DNA from: the human T2T-CHM13v2.0 reference genome, Homo sapiens
Assembly: GCF_009914755.1 (NCBI RefSeq)
Contig: NC_060947.1
DNA length: 64,000 nucleotides
Strand: one strand, 5' to 3'
Positions 38,322 through 49,242 of the stretch are shown in pieces; position 1 is the stretch's first letter, and every line of letters starts with the position of its first letter. Under the pieces are notes generated by a model, which saw only the letters and a program-made list of their open reading frames with translations, was not told the DNA's origin and ran no database searches. The position numbers were made by a program, and so were the translations under genes.

Positions 38322-39029
38322 GCTTAAAGTAAGACATGGCAGAATGTTTATGGTCGGAGAGGCCATCAGATCTAGAAAAGGATTTGGGAGGAGATGCATT
38401 AGTGAAAGGTACAGCCAGCCCACCATAGGACAGAACAGGAGGTTCCAGGGTGGAAGACACAGTCCACTTATAGGAAAATCAGGAAGAAATGAACAGTGGA
38501 TAGGTCATTGCACATATGAAAGGATATGATAGCAGTGAGCGGATGTTAAATGCAGCCAGTCTAGAGAAATAGCAGTCGCAGATGCATGGGTTAATAACCA
38601 GGAGGTGCATGAGTTGAAGGTGCAGCCAGGCTATGGGAGGACCAAGTAGGATATGCATCATTGGATGTTGCAGCCAGCCTGTGTCAGACACTAGCAGGAG
38701 GTGCACGGGACTAGTGAACATCTAGGCTAAGTGAGATCTTGGCAATGGGCACTAGGGAAGAAGGAACATTCAGCCTATCACAGAAACAAGTTCATGATTC
38801 ATGGGTGAAAGAAACATCTAACCAAATGGTAGACCAGAATGTAGTTCATGGGTGGAGGGATAAACTAACCTGGTAGAAGACCAGGCAGTACATGTGGAAG
38901 TGGAGGTTATATTCAGCAGAGGGAAGGCCACGGGAAGTATAGAAGTGAAGCATGCAGCTAGCATAATGGAGGACATAGAGGGAGGTAAATGGGTGTAGAA
39001 AAGATCTAAGCTAGATGAGTATTCTGATG

Positions 39030-40141
39030 TATCGGGGGACATTCAGCCAGATATTGGGTGAAATTCGCCCCCGATATTTTACATAGGTTCTTTTCTATTT
39101 TCCTTAAGTGTCGGCCAGTCTGAGAAATAAAGGGACAGAGTACAAAAGAGAGAAATTTTAAAGCTGGGTGTCCAGGGGAGACATCACATGTCGGCAGGTT
39201 CTGTGATGCCCCCTGAGCCTTAAAACCAGCAAGTTTTTATTAGCAATTTTCAAAAGGGGAGGGAGTGTAGGAACACGGTGTGAGTCACAGAGATCACATG
39301 CTTCACAAGGTAATAAGATATCACAAGGTAAATGGAGGCAGGGTGAGATCACAGGACCACAGGACCGGGGTGAAATTATAATTGCTAATGAAGTTTTGTG
39401 CATGCATTGTCATTGATAACATCTTATCAGGAAACAGGGTTTGAGAGCAGACAACCAGTCTGACCAAAATTTATTAGGCAGGAATTTCCTCGTCCTAATA
39501 AGCCTGGGAGCTCTACGGGAGACTGGGGCTTATTTCATCCCTACAGCTTCGACCATAAAAGACAGCCGCCCCTGAAGCGGCCATTTTAGAGGCCTACCCT
39601 CAGGGATGCATTCTCTTTCTCAGGGATGTTCCTTGCTGAGAAAAAGAATTCAGTGATATTTCTCCCATTTGCTTTTGAAGGAAGAGAAATATGGCTCTGT
39701 TCCACCCGGCTCACCGGCGGTCAGAGTGTAAGGTTATCTCTCTTGTTCCCTGAACATTGCTGTTATCCTGTTCTTTTTTCAAGGTGCGCAGATTTCATAT
39801 TGTTCAAACACACATGCTCTACAAAAAATTTGTGCAGTTAATGCAATCATCACAGGGTCTTGAGGCGACATACATCCTCCTCATCTTAGGAAGATGACGG
39901 GATTAAGAGATTAAAGTAAAGACAGGCATAGGAAATCACAAGGGTATTGATTGGGGAAGTGATAAGTGTCCATGAGATCTTCACAATTTATGTTCAGAGA
40001 TTGCAGTAAAGACAGGCATAAGAAATTATAAAAGTATTAATTTGGGGAATTAATAAATGTCCATGAAATCTTCACAATTCATGTTCTTCTGCCATGGCTT
40101 CAGCTGGTCCCTCCATTCGGGGTCCCTGACTTCCCACAACA
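39030..40141 (-). mobile_element. MER11 solo LTR (ERVK/HERV-K11) with 6-bp TSD
   Basis: Reverse complement starts tgttgtgggaagtcagggacccc; TSD CTGATG at 39024-39029 and 40142-40147. Confidence 0.92.
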
Positions 40142-41102
40142 CTGATGAAGGCAAATGGTCTGAGGGGGCAGTCAGAATATGTGGGACATGGCTGGTAGTG
40201 CATGAGTTATGGGTGCAGCAAGTCTTGGGAGGATATGGCAGGAGATTAGGCATGAAGGCAGCCTAGGGGACAACTTGGAAGAAAATGCATAGGTGTCAAG
40301 AGCTTCATGCCTAGGGAAAGATTAGGATGACTTTCATGAATGAAAGGGAGAGTCACCAAAGGAGATTCCAGTAGTAAGTGCATAGGTGGGAGGCATTCAG
40401 ATTAGGGGAGGATTTGCAAGAAGATTCATTAAAAGAGGTTGAAACCAGCTTAAGGGAGGACATGGGAAAATGTCCATGGATGGCAAAGGCATCAAACTTA
40501 TGGTAGGAATCAGGAGGAGGGGCATTATTGCACAGAGTAGCCAGCCTAGGGCAGGACATTTCCATAGCTGTCTGTGTGCAAAATGCAGCCAGCCTCAGGG
40601 AAGATCATCAAGAAGTGAATGGTGGCTAGGTCATCCAATATATGAAAGGACGTGGGTGTAAAATGCAGCCAGCTTAGGGAAGTACCACCAGAAGGTGCAT
40701 GGGTGAGGTCTCAGCCAGCACAGGGAAGGTTATGTCAGGAAGTGCATGGGTGAAAAGTATAGCCAAGCTATCATAAAGCCGGGTAGGATGTGTGTGGTTG
40801 GAAGGTAAAATCCACCAGGAGGTTCAAGGTGAGAGGAAGCTTCCAGATTAAGTGAGGTCTCAGCAAGAGGTGCAAAAGAGGAACATACAGTCTATGGTAG
40901 GACAGAGTGGTCAGATAATGGGTGGAGGAAACATCCAGCCAGAGGGAAGACCAGAAGTTTATGAGTGGAGGGTTCAGTCAGTCTAAAAACATGCCAGGGT
41001 GTGTATATGCAGGCTGCAGCCATATTAGGGGAGGTGTTAGAAGATGATATACACGTGGAGGGTGCAAACAACCGAGGGGCTGGCATGGTTGGAAGTGCAT
41101 GG

Positions 41103-41685
41103 TGTGAAAAGAAAATAATACCTCAGGAACTCAAACTCACTATATCAAGGGAAAAGTTAAGCTTGGGAACTGAGTCATGCAAAAATCTAACTTTCTTTTG
41201 TTCCTAAACATATAGCAGCAAAGAAAGAAGGCCACGTATCTCCCCAGGTGACTTCTCTCACAAATTTCTTACAAGGAAATTCCTTGCAGGCTCCAAAATC
41301 TTTACCACCTAAAATAGAGTTGTGTTTAATTTCACCCTAACAATGTGAATTAACAGCTTATCTTCACATGTATGAGACAAAGACAAGACCAGAAATCATC
41401 CCTCTACCCACCTTAACAGAAATGCATATTTGACTTCTTCCTCTACTCTACATTATCTAGAATGCAGATATAAAGAACACTAGACGAATGCATAATTGAC
41501 TATTCTTTCTCTGCTACTCCCTATTTCCCCTTTAAATATTGAAATATTCAAAACCCTCTTTGGAAAAAGTGCGGACCACAGATTTTACTGTGACTTTTGT
41601 CTCTTTTTCCTGGGTGTGTCCTCAATCTTGGAAAAATAAACCTCTAAATTGATTGAGACCTGTTTCAGACACATTTTGGTATACA
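41103..41685 (+). mobile_element. MER4-family solo LTR (ERV1)
   Basis: tgtgaaaagaaaataa...gggaaaagttaagcttgggaactgagtca...aataaacctctaaattgattgagacctg...taca; flanks atgg/ttgg. Confidence 0.8.
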
Positions 41686-44194
41686 TTGGGAAGAGGGAAC
41701 ATCCAGCAAAAAAGGAGGTAGTTGCAAAAATGCATGGGTGGAGAAAATATCCAGTCACTAGTAGGATCAGGTGGGCAGTTCATTGGTAGTTAGAGAATCC
41801 AGGCTAATGGAGGAAATGGCAGCAGTTGCAGTATAGGAAAGGGAAGTAAGCTTAGGGGAAAACCTGCAGAAAGTGCCTACATAAAATATGCAGTGAGAAC
41901 CACCAAGAAGTGCATGAGTACAAGTGAGACAATCACCGGTAGGTTCAAGTATAGAGGGATCAGAAAGCCTAGGGAAGACTAGGCAGGAGATGCATTAGTG
42001 GAGGGAGCATGCAGTCTAATGGTGGACATAGCAGGAAGTTAAAGGTTTGTGGGAAGTATTCCAGTTTCTAAACCAGCAGCATGTGAGTCAGAGGAGGGAG
42101 CAGAGGGTTCATGGGAAGAGGTAGCATTCATCCTAAGGTAGAATTGGTAAAAACTGCATGCATATAGGAAGGAACAATTCCATACACAGACCGAGCAGGT
42201 ATTATATATGTAGAGGATGCAGCCTTATTATGAGTGGAATCAAAAGGATCTGCAAACATGGAGAAGACAGCCAGGAGAATTGGCTATAAGTACATGGTAA
42301 AGGAGGCATCCAACCAAGGTGGGGAATCTGTGGGTTTATATATGCAGGGTGCAGCAAGAATAAGATAGGATTCAGCAGACAGTGCAAGGGTGGAGAATAC
42401 ACTCAATCTAGGGGGAAAAAGTTTCAGGTGGTGTATGGTTGGAGAGTGAAACTAGCCAAAGAGAGGTACATAGGTGGAAGAAACATGTAGCCCTATAAAA
42501 GGATATGGGAATAAGTACATGGCTGGAGGAAGCATCCACCCTAGGGGTAGTCTTGGCAGGAGTTGCATGGATGGAGTATTCAGTGAGTATAGGGACAGAT
42601 ATGGCTATAAGCTCATGGGTAATGGAGCAGCCATTATAGGGTAGGACCTAGCAGGAAATGCCTGAGTCAAGGTTGCAGCCAGATTTAAGTACAGGGCAGA
42701 AGGCACATATGTGCAGGGGACATCTAGCTTAGGAGTGACACTAAAGGATATTTATGGATGTACAGTCTTGAGAAGCAGTCACCAGGAAGTGCATAGATCA
42801 AATGAGCATCTATCTTAGAGTTGGACACAGTCAGAGCTCTATGGATGCAGCCAACTTAGGAAGGACCTGGCAGAAAGTACATCGGTGGAATGTAGCCAGT
42901 CTAGTGAAGGGCCTAGCAGGAACTGTATTTTGGAGTGTTCATCCTGCCTGGGAAAAATACTAGGCAAAAAATATGTGAATGGAGGGAGCACAGAACAGAG
43001 GTGAGGACATTGCAATAAATCCATAAGTGGAGAAAACATCCAGTCTAGGGTAAGACTCAGCGGGCAATGTATGGGTGGAAGGAGCATTCCACCTAGGAGA
43101 GGACTCAGCAAGAGGTTCGTTGGTGAAAAGTGCCACCAGCCTAGCAGAGGACACAGCAAAATGCAGAGTTTTAGAGACTTTCTCTCCTTGGGAAGAAGTA
43201 GGTGAGATATATTAACAGATGAGGGTGCATCCATCGTAAGGTAAAATCTGGTGGGAGATGTATTGTTGGAGGGAGCATGGGAGGATAAGCATGGTTTGGG
43301 ATGCATGGCTGGTGTTGCATGATGTAGGGTGGACCTAGCCTAGGGGTCAGCCCCTCAGTAAGTGCATAGTAGAAAGGAGAATCAATCCTTGAAAAGGACC
43401 TAGCAGGAGATACAGAAGAGGAAGCATTCAGGTTAGAAGAGGGCTTCATAGAAAGTTCATTAGTAGGTGGTTATACAGGCCCAAGGGAGAATGTGGCAAG
43501 TAGTTCATAGTTGGAGCATACAGTCAGCCTAGGAGAGAATATAGCAGGAAGTGAATAAGTGGAGGGAGAATCCTTTCAAAGAAAACTCAGCAGGAGTGGT
43601 ATAGCATTCTTCTAGAGGGTAAACTGACAAGACATGCATGGGAAGCAGTTGCATCCAGACTGAGGGAGGAGTAAGAAGGGGTCTTAGTGCAGAAAATAGC
43701 CATTGTTAGGGAGGACCCTGCAGGAAGTGCATGAGTATCAGATGCAATAAGCCTCGAGGATGATTCGGAAGGAGATGCAAAGCTGGAAGTTTCAGCCTTT
43801 AATTTTAAAGAATTCATAATCTAATATATTAATACCATGTGGAGGTAAGAAAACCTTACATCCTCACACAATCATAACTGAAGGTGTTTCCAAATTATAG
43901 ACATGTAGACATGCAGAAATAGAGAAATAGAGCATTTAATTTCAATTTTACAAATTTCAGCCATGATTCAAGAGTAAACACAGAAACAGTAAAAATCCCT
44001 GGTACAGATATCCAGTAGTTGTTTCCTTCCCAAGGAGCATGAAATTCTTCATTGGTTTGAGCTGAAAAATAGACAGAACAATTGACGCAACAGACTCTGT
44101 TTTCTCTCACTCAAAAAAGAACAGATCTCTACAAACTATCAATCTATTTAGAAAATATCCAAATGGTCAGATCATAAAACCAATTCTCACCACA

Positions 44195-44725
44195 CGCCCA
44201 AGCAAATGCACTTTTAGGTATATACACAAGACAATCAAAGATACACGTTCATACAAAAACTTGCACACAAGTGCTTATAGCAGCATTATTTATAATACCC
44301 AAAAGGCAGAAACAACCCTAATGCCCATCAACTAATGAATTGATTAAAAAATGTGATTTATGCATATAATGGTCTATTTTATAGTCATAAAAATGAATAA
44401 AGTACTGATACACACTATAATGTGAATGAACCTTGAAACATTATACTAAATGAAAGAAGCTAAATTTCAAAAGGCCACATATTGTGTTGTCCCATTTACA
44501 TAAAATGCCTACAATAAGCAAATCCGTAAAGATAGAAAGTAGATTAATTTTTGCCAGGAGCTTGTGGGGAGATGGGAATAGGAGTGACCGCTTAACAGTC
44601 TGAAATCTGATAGGGATGAAAATTGTGAATGTAGTGTAGTAATGGACACTGAATTGTACACTTCAAATAGTTAAATTGATAAATTTTATGTTATGTGAAC
44701 TTAATTAAAAAGTAAAGTAAATACA
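44195..44725 (+). mobile_element. L1MB 3' end
   Basis: aaaaacttgcacacaagtgcttatagcagcattatt...gatagaaagtagatta...aaattttatgttatgtgaa. Confidence 0.8.
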
Positions 44726-45533
44726 AAGCCAAAAACTCAATTCCCAACCATGGTTTTCAACAATGGGAAAAACTTATTGGCTGTAAAATAAACCAAAAAC
44801 AAAACAAAACAAAAATGAACCAAAAGCAAAACACTAAATTAGCATAGAGGAAAACACAAATTATAAAAACAGAGTCAACAAAGTACTATTGGTGAATTAG
44901 ATTCACATAGGAGAGTCAATACAACACATGCTGGGCTTCAAACTTGCATGTGTGTAGTGCGCTTCTGTCATCAAAGTTTACATGGTTCTAGTAGGTAAAA
45001 CAATTGGACATATCAGTGTGTCCTACAAAACAGGTAAAGATAATTATCAAGAGTGTAAAATCATGACACTCACACAAATGTGAGCACGTTAAAATATTTA
45101 TCACATATGGAAATTGGCAGATATTATAACCAGTATAATGGAGAATCCAAAGAACAGAAACATGCATACTGATCAGGAATAGTGAATGGAATATGTCAGT
45201 GGAGGCAAAACTGGTTAGTGTAGTGTGTATTGGTCTGGGGAGACTGAACCTACCGTTGAGGTCTCTAAGTTGTGCATGTCTCTCAGTGACCTACAACTTA
45301 CAAACGGATGTAAAAGAGCTCAAAGACAATGCAGGACTAGAATCAGATAGATTACATGGAGTTGTATCCTATGAACAAGGAAAAGGTTTTCATTGAAACA
45401 CACATTTTTTGCTAGAATGTTAAAATCAAGTAGATAGTTAGCATTCCCTTAAAAAGAAGTTCCAGTTACTAGGGTGACCAGATTCCTCTCATGGGCATTT
45501 CTAGGCTGAGGCCTGATCACGGCCCAGTGGACA

Positions 45534-45608
45534 CCAATGACATCACAAAGTGGAGGTTGTCACTAAGGCAACTGATGACCAGTGAGGGGCTGGAGCACAG
45601 GGGTATAG
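45534..45608 (+). promoter_or_regulatory. Candidate H2A.L promoter: CCAAT overlapping CRE-like TGACATCA, plus weak TATA
   Basis: CCAAT 45534-45538, TGACATCA 45538-45545 (one transition from TGACGTCA), TATAG 45604-45608, 90-160 bp before the ATG. Short motifs, supported only by position. Confidence 0.45.
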
Positions 45609-45696
45609 TGGGCTGCAGTAAGCACTGGCACCTTGAGAGACTCAGGCCAGCAGAAAAATCAAGCTGTGACAACCGGGGCAAAACCCAGCAAACATC

Positions 45697-46296
45697 ATGG
45701 CTGGAAACAAACACAGTCGCAGCTCCTGTAAGCCTAGAAGACAGTGCCTTTCCCGTTCCAGAAGAGCGGAGCTGCAGTTTCCTGTTAGCCACATGGAACG
45801 CTGCCTGCGAGAAGGTCAGTATGCCCGGCACCTGAGCTCAACCACACCTGTTTTCCTGGCTGCTGTTCTCGAGTACCTGACAGCCAACATCCTGGAACAG
45901 GCAGGCAAGGAGGCCCAGAACAGCCACAGGGTGTGCATCACCCCAGAACACCTGAAGAGAGCACTGCAAAAGAATGAGCAGCTAAGATGGATCTTGGAGG
46001 AGGAAGATGACATCCACTCTCAGGAAGAAGAAATGCCCCAACCTGAGGAGGAGGAGGAGGAGGACGAGAGAATGGAGGAGGAGGAAGAGGAGAAAAAGGA
46101 GGAGGAGGAGAAGGAGGAGGAGGAGGATGAGAGAATGGAGGAGGAGGAAGAGGAGAAAAAGGAGGAGGAGGAGAAGAAGGAGGAGAAGGAGAAGGAGGAG
46201 GAGAAGGAGAAGAAGAAGAAGAAGGGAGGATTCCTGAGTTTCAGAGCTGTGCAGGACTTCATCAGCAACCTCTTCCAGCTGCTAAAATTCCCATAG
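45697..46296 (+). CDS. H2AL1Q: Short histone H2A variant, H2A.L class, with extended Glu/Lys-rich C-terminal tail (199 aa, intronless)
   Basis: SRSRRAELQFPV, VFLAAVLEYLTANILEQAG and ITPEHL..ALQKNEQL histone fold; reduced acidic patch (E61N, D90N, E92Q equivalents); good Kozak context (aacatcATGG). H2A.L class is secure. H2AL1Q rather than H2AL3 is from recall and from the absence of H2AP nearby. Confidence 0.85.
   Translation: MAGNKHSRSSCKPRRQCLSRSRRAELQFPVSHMERCLREGQYARHLSSTTPVFLAAVLEYLTANILEQAGKEAQNSHRVCITPEHLKRALQKNEQLRWILEEEDDIHSQEEEMPQPEEEEEEDERMEEEEEEKKEEEEKEEEEDERMEEEEEEKKEEEEKKEEKEKEEEKEKKKKKGGFLSFRAVQDFISNLFQLLKFP
46051..46176 (+). repeat. 63-bp in-frame tandem duplication within a (GAG/AAG)n tract
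   Basis: 46051-46113 and 46114-46176 differ at one synonymous site (gac/gat); each encodes EEEEDERMEEEEEEKKEEEEK. Confidence 0.95.
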
Positions 46297-46332
46297 ATGA
46301 AAGACCCCAGGTTGCTTCCATCTGCCCAAGCT

Positions 46333-46338
46333 ATTAAA
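46333..46338 (+). terminator. Candidate polyadenylation signal ATTAAA for the H2A.L gene
   Basis: 37 nt after the stop; no histone stem-loop downstream, consistent with a replication-independent variant. Confidence 0.55.
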
Positions 46339-48404
46339 CTGTATAAATGCACGACAGTGCTCCTGATTCCTCTCAGTTTCTGTCACTTTGGGTTGGAGGT
46401 GTCTGTGAGACATTTAGGAGAAACTATCCCTAGAGAGCTGAAGTGGGGGAAGGGGTGGCCTGTGTGGGGAGTGTTTGAATCAGTGATTTAGAGGGGGCAG
46501 TTCTCAATGGTGACGGTGAGGGCACTGGCCCTGTGAGGAGGAACTGGCTTGGGTAGACACTGAGACTTCCTCATTGTCTCTGAACAGGAAGGCCTTGTGA
46601 GGCCAGGGAGTTGGCTGGGGGCCTCTGAGGCTTGTTGAATTCCCAGCCTGATGCTGGGGCCTGAGGTGGAGCTGCAGACTCTGACTGAGGTGCGGGAGGC
46701 TTTATTCAGGATAGCAAAGGTCTGAAGTCAGAGGGCGGTGGCCACAGGGGTGGGTGGAAAGAGGGCACACTGGCTGGCATGAACTTCATGGGACAGGGGA
46801 TTTACATAGAGATTGTGCTGGGGTTGTCCTCAGGGCCATTTGGGAGATATGCTTGTCTGAATCCCAGAAGCCTTTCTTGCCACATGATTTCCACTGAACC
46901 TCATATTCCCAGGCAACTCATTGTGAAGATGCCCACCCCACCACTGGGTGATTCCTTATGGAGAACTATAGAGCATTCCCAGCCTTAGCCCAGATCGTCA
47001 CTTTCTCTTCTGTGCATTTGAGAAGCAAGCAGGCGTCTCTCCAGCATCTGCAGGTAGGGAGTCTCCTTCAGCTGATCACATCATGGTGACAGCAGCACCC
47101 CCTCCCCTTGCCAAAGTGAAACATCTTTGTTTTCAGGTTATGTGTTTCTGCTAGTCCAGTGTCCTCCAGTCAGAAGAGAGTGCCTCTAGGATGAGTAATG
47201 GCAGCAAACTGATCATTTTCCTCAGATCTTGACATATTGGCTAAGTAGTTGTCTGGTGTTTAAAAGCTGCTGATGTTGCTTATGGCTGTGGCTTATTGTA
47301 GAACTAGACATAATGTCCTGGATACTTCACTGGAATGCACATCTGAGGACTTCACTCAAGGCAGGAGAAGCCATAGTAGGTGGGTGGCCTGTGGCGGGTG
47401 AGTCCCTCTGTGTACTCAGGTGGTCACCTTACAGTTTATGCAGTCATCAACACTAACGGTCACTGTGACCCTGTAAGGACCCGGGCTTCTGGGCTCCTTC
47501 AGACTCTGTTTCATGTCTGAGGTGGAGTTTGAAGGTTGACCTTGGATGAGCCCCTGTTTCAAGCTCTCTGCAGAGTCAAGGGGCATGGGAGAGTCAGCAG
47601 GAGTGACCACCATCCCTTTAAGAATTGTGTTCAGCTGTGCTTGTGGGTTTCACAGGAAGCATGGGGGCCACAGCCAGCATAGCATCAGGCTAATGTGGCA
47701 CCCTGCCAGATCTCCCTTCCACATGTGCAAGGTATCCTACACTCAGGGGAGACAGGGAGGAAGAGAGAATCGCTGCCATTGGGAAGGCATGAGCTCACCC
47801 ATATTTAGGCCTTTTGTGCATTTCTAACAGTCAGGAGGGAAAGGTGAGGAAGTAGTCCCTCTGGCCTGTGCCCTGTGGACAGGACAGCATTGGTGGCCAG
47901 TGCCCTATTGGGATTGGGAAAACTAACTCCCGAGTGGGCAAGGGCAGAGGCTGGAGTGACTGTGGCTTCCAACTTGTCCAGTGATCACAAGCAGTGTCAG
48001 GGCAGGCCGGGGTCAAACTTGTGTCAAGACTGCAGGAAACTTCATGTGTGAGGAAAGATGAGCACCAGAGTTGAGGCTGGGGGCAGGGGACTTGGAGGTT
48101 AATGGTGGCTTGGTCTTGGCATGAACACAAGGCCTGGTTACCAGACTGGCCTCCCAAAGAGAACATCCTTTGCAACAGAAGCATTTTGAAGGCCCAGGTC
48201 TCCTGGTCCTTGTATGTGACAGATATTGCACATGTGTTCTGAGGGAGATGGCAAGATTCTTTACAAAAGGTCTTTGGAACCCCAAAATAGGATTCAAGTA
48301 AAAGAAAATATCAAATACACTATTTCCCGAATGCACAGATTACACACTGCCAGCCCACATGCCTAATCTGGACAACAGGTTTGCTAATCCTACATAGACA
48401 TTAC

Positions 48405-48510
48405 TAGTATCCATTTTTACAGATGTGGACACCAAGGTTCAGAGATGTTAATTAGCTCACTCAGTCACATGACAAGTATGTATAGCATAGTGGGGGCAAG
48501 AGCCCAGCCT
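48405..48510 (-). mobile_element. MIR fragment
   Basis: tatccatttttacagatgtggacaccaaggttcagagatgttaa core. Confidence 0.65.
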
Positions 48511-49242
48511 TCCTTACCTATTGTTTTGCTCTTTCCTCTACTCTATCCTGAGAAATGGGCCTTGAGAAAAAAATTAATGTTTTCTTCTAGAAAACAGAAA
48601 CTAGTCTTCAATACTAAGATGTTAGGGTCTATTGGATATCCAGCAAAGCATCTAAATAACTTACTCTCAATTACCTTCATTTCTGTTTTATTTGGTGAAG
48701 GCTGGATAAGCTAGGATTAAAAAGACTGATTGTATGAAACTGCTTCTCAACTGAGGTGTTTTTGAGAACTGCCTCTGTTCACTGTCATGGTCTTAAAGGT
48801 GATTATGTGTCATCAGAAGTTTCTGTTAGCTGAAGTCTGTATCAAAGAGACTGTTCTTCGAAGTACTAGTACTGAGGGTACTGCCTTTTTCCTCAAAGCT
48901 GTGAAATTGTCTTTTGTCATCAAAGACAAGAACTCTGGTTTTTATCTGGTGGCAGAGCCTTTGGGAAGCATCAGAGTAAACTGAAAAAATTATCTGGAGA
49001 TGACAGGTTTTAATTTAACAGCTCATCAATAATAACAATAAACAAACCTAATTATTTTAACACAATGCTATCCATAAAGTGAAAGAACAAATATTTGTGA
49101 CATTCCAGGAATTCCATGGAAAACCACAAAGAGTGTTATAGATGCCAAAGATGCTGTGAAAGTTTTATTCTTTATATCATTTTTCATAGAGAATTTAATT
49201 TGGGAATGTAAAATTTTAAAGTTGACTAGAGTTTTATGCACT

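Larger units (their letters stand above)
35157..43797 (+). repeat. Degenerate 48-bp tandem repeat field, block A1 (purine-rich strand on +), interrupted by L1MA, MER30, MER11 and MER4
   Basis: Recurrent consensus ggcaggaagtgcatgggtggagggtgcagccagcctaggggaggacct with ~48-bp spacing. Confidence 0.85.

Noticed and set aside
45469-45485. tagggtgaccaga as a hAT-Blackjack terminal inverted repeat
   Set aside because: No matching second terminus or internal MER81/MER94 similarity.
46020-46352. Ser/Phe-rich 110-aa minus-strand ORF
   Set aside because: Antisense shadow of the GAG/AAG tract.
47831-48184. Ferritin heavy-chain (FTHL17-like) pseudogene suggested by DQATINLQV
   Set aside because: No further collinear ferritin motifs in any frame.
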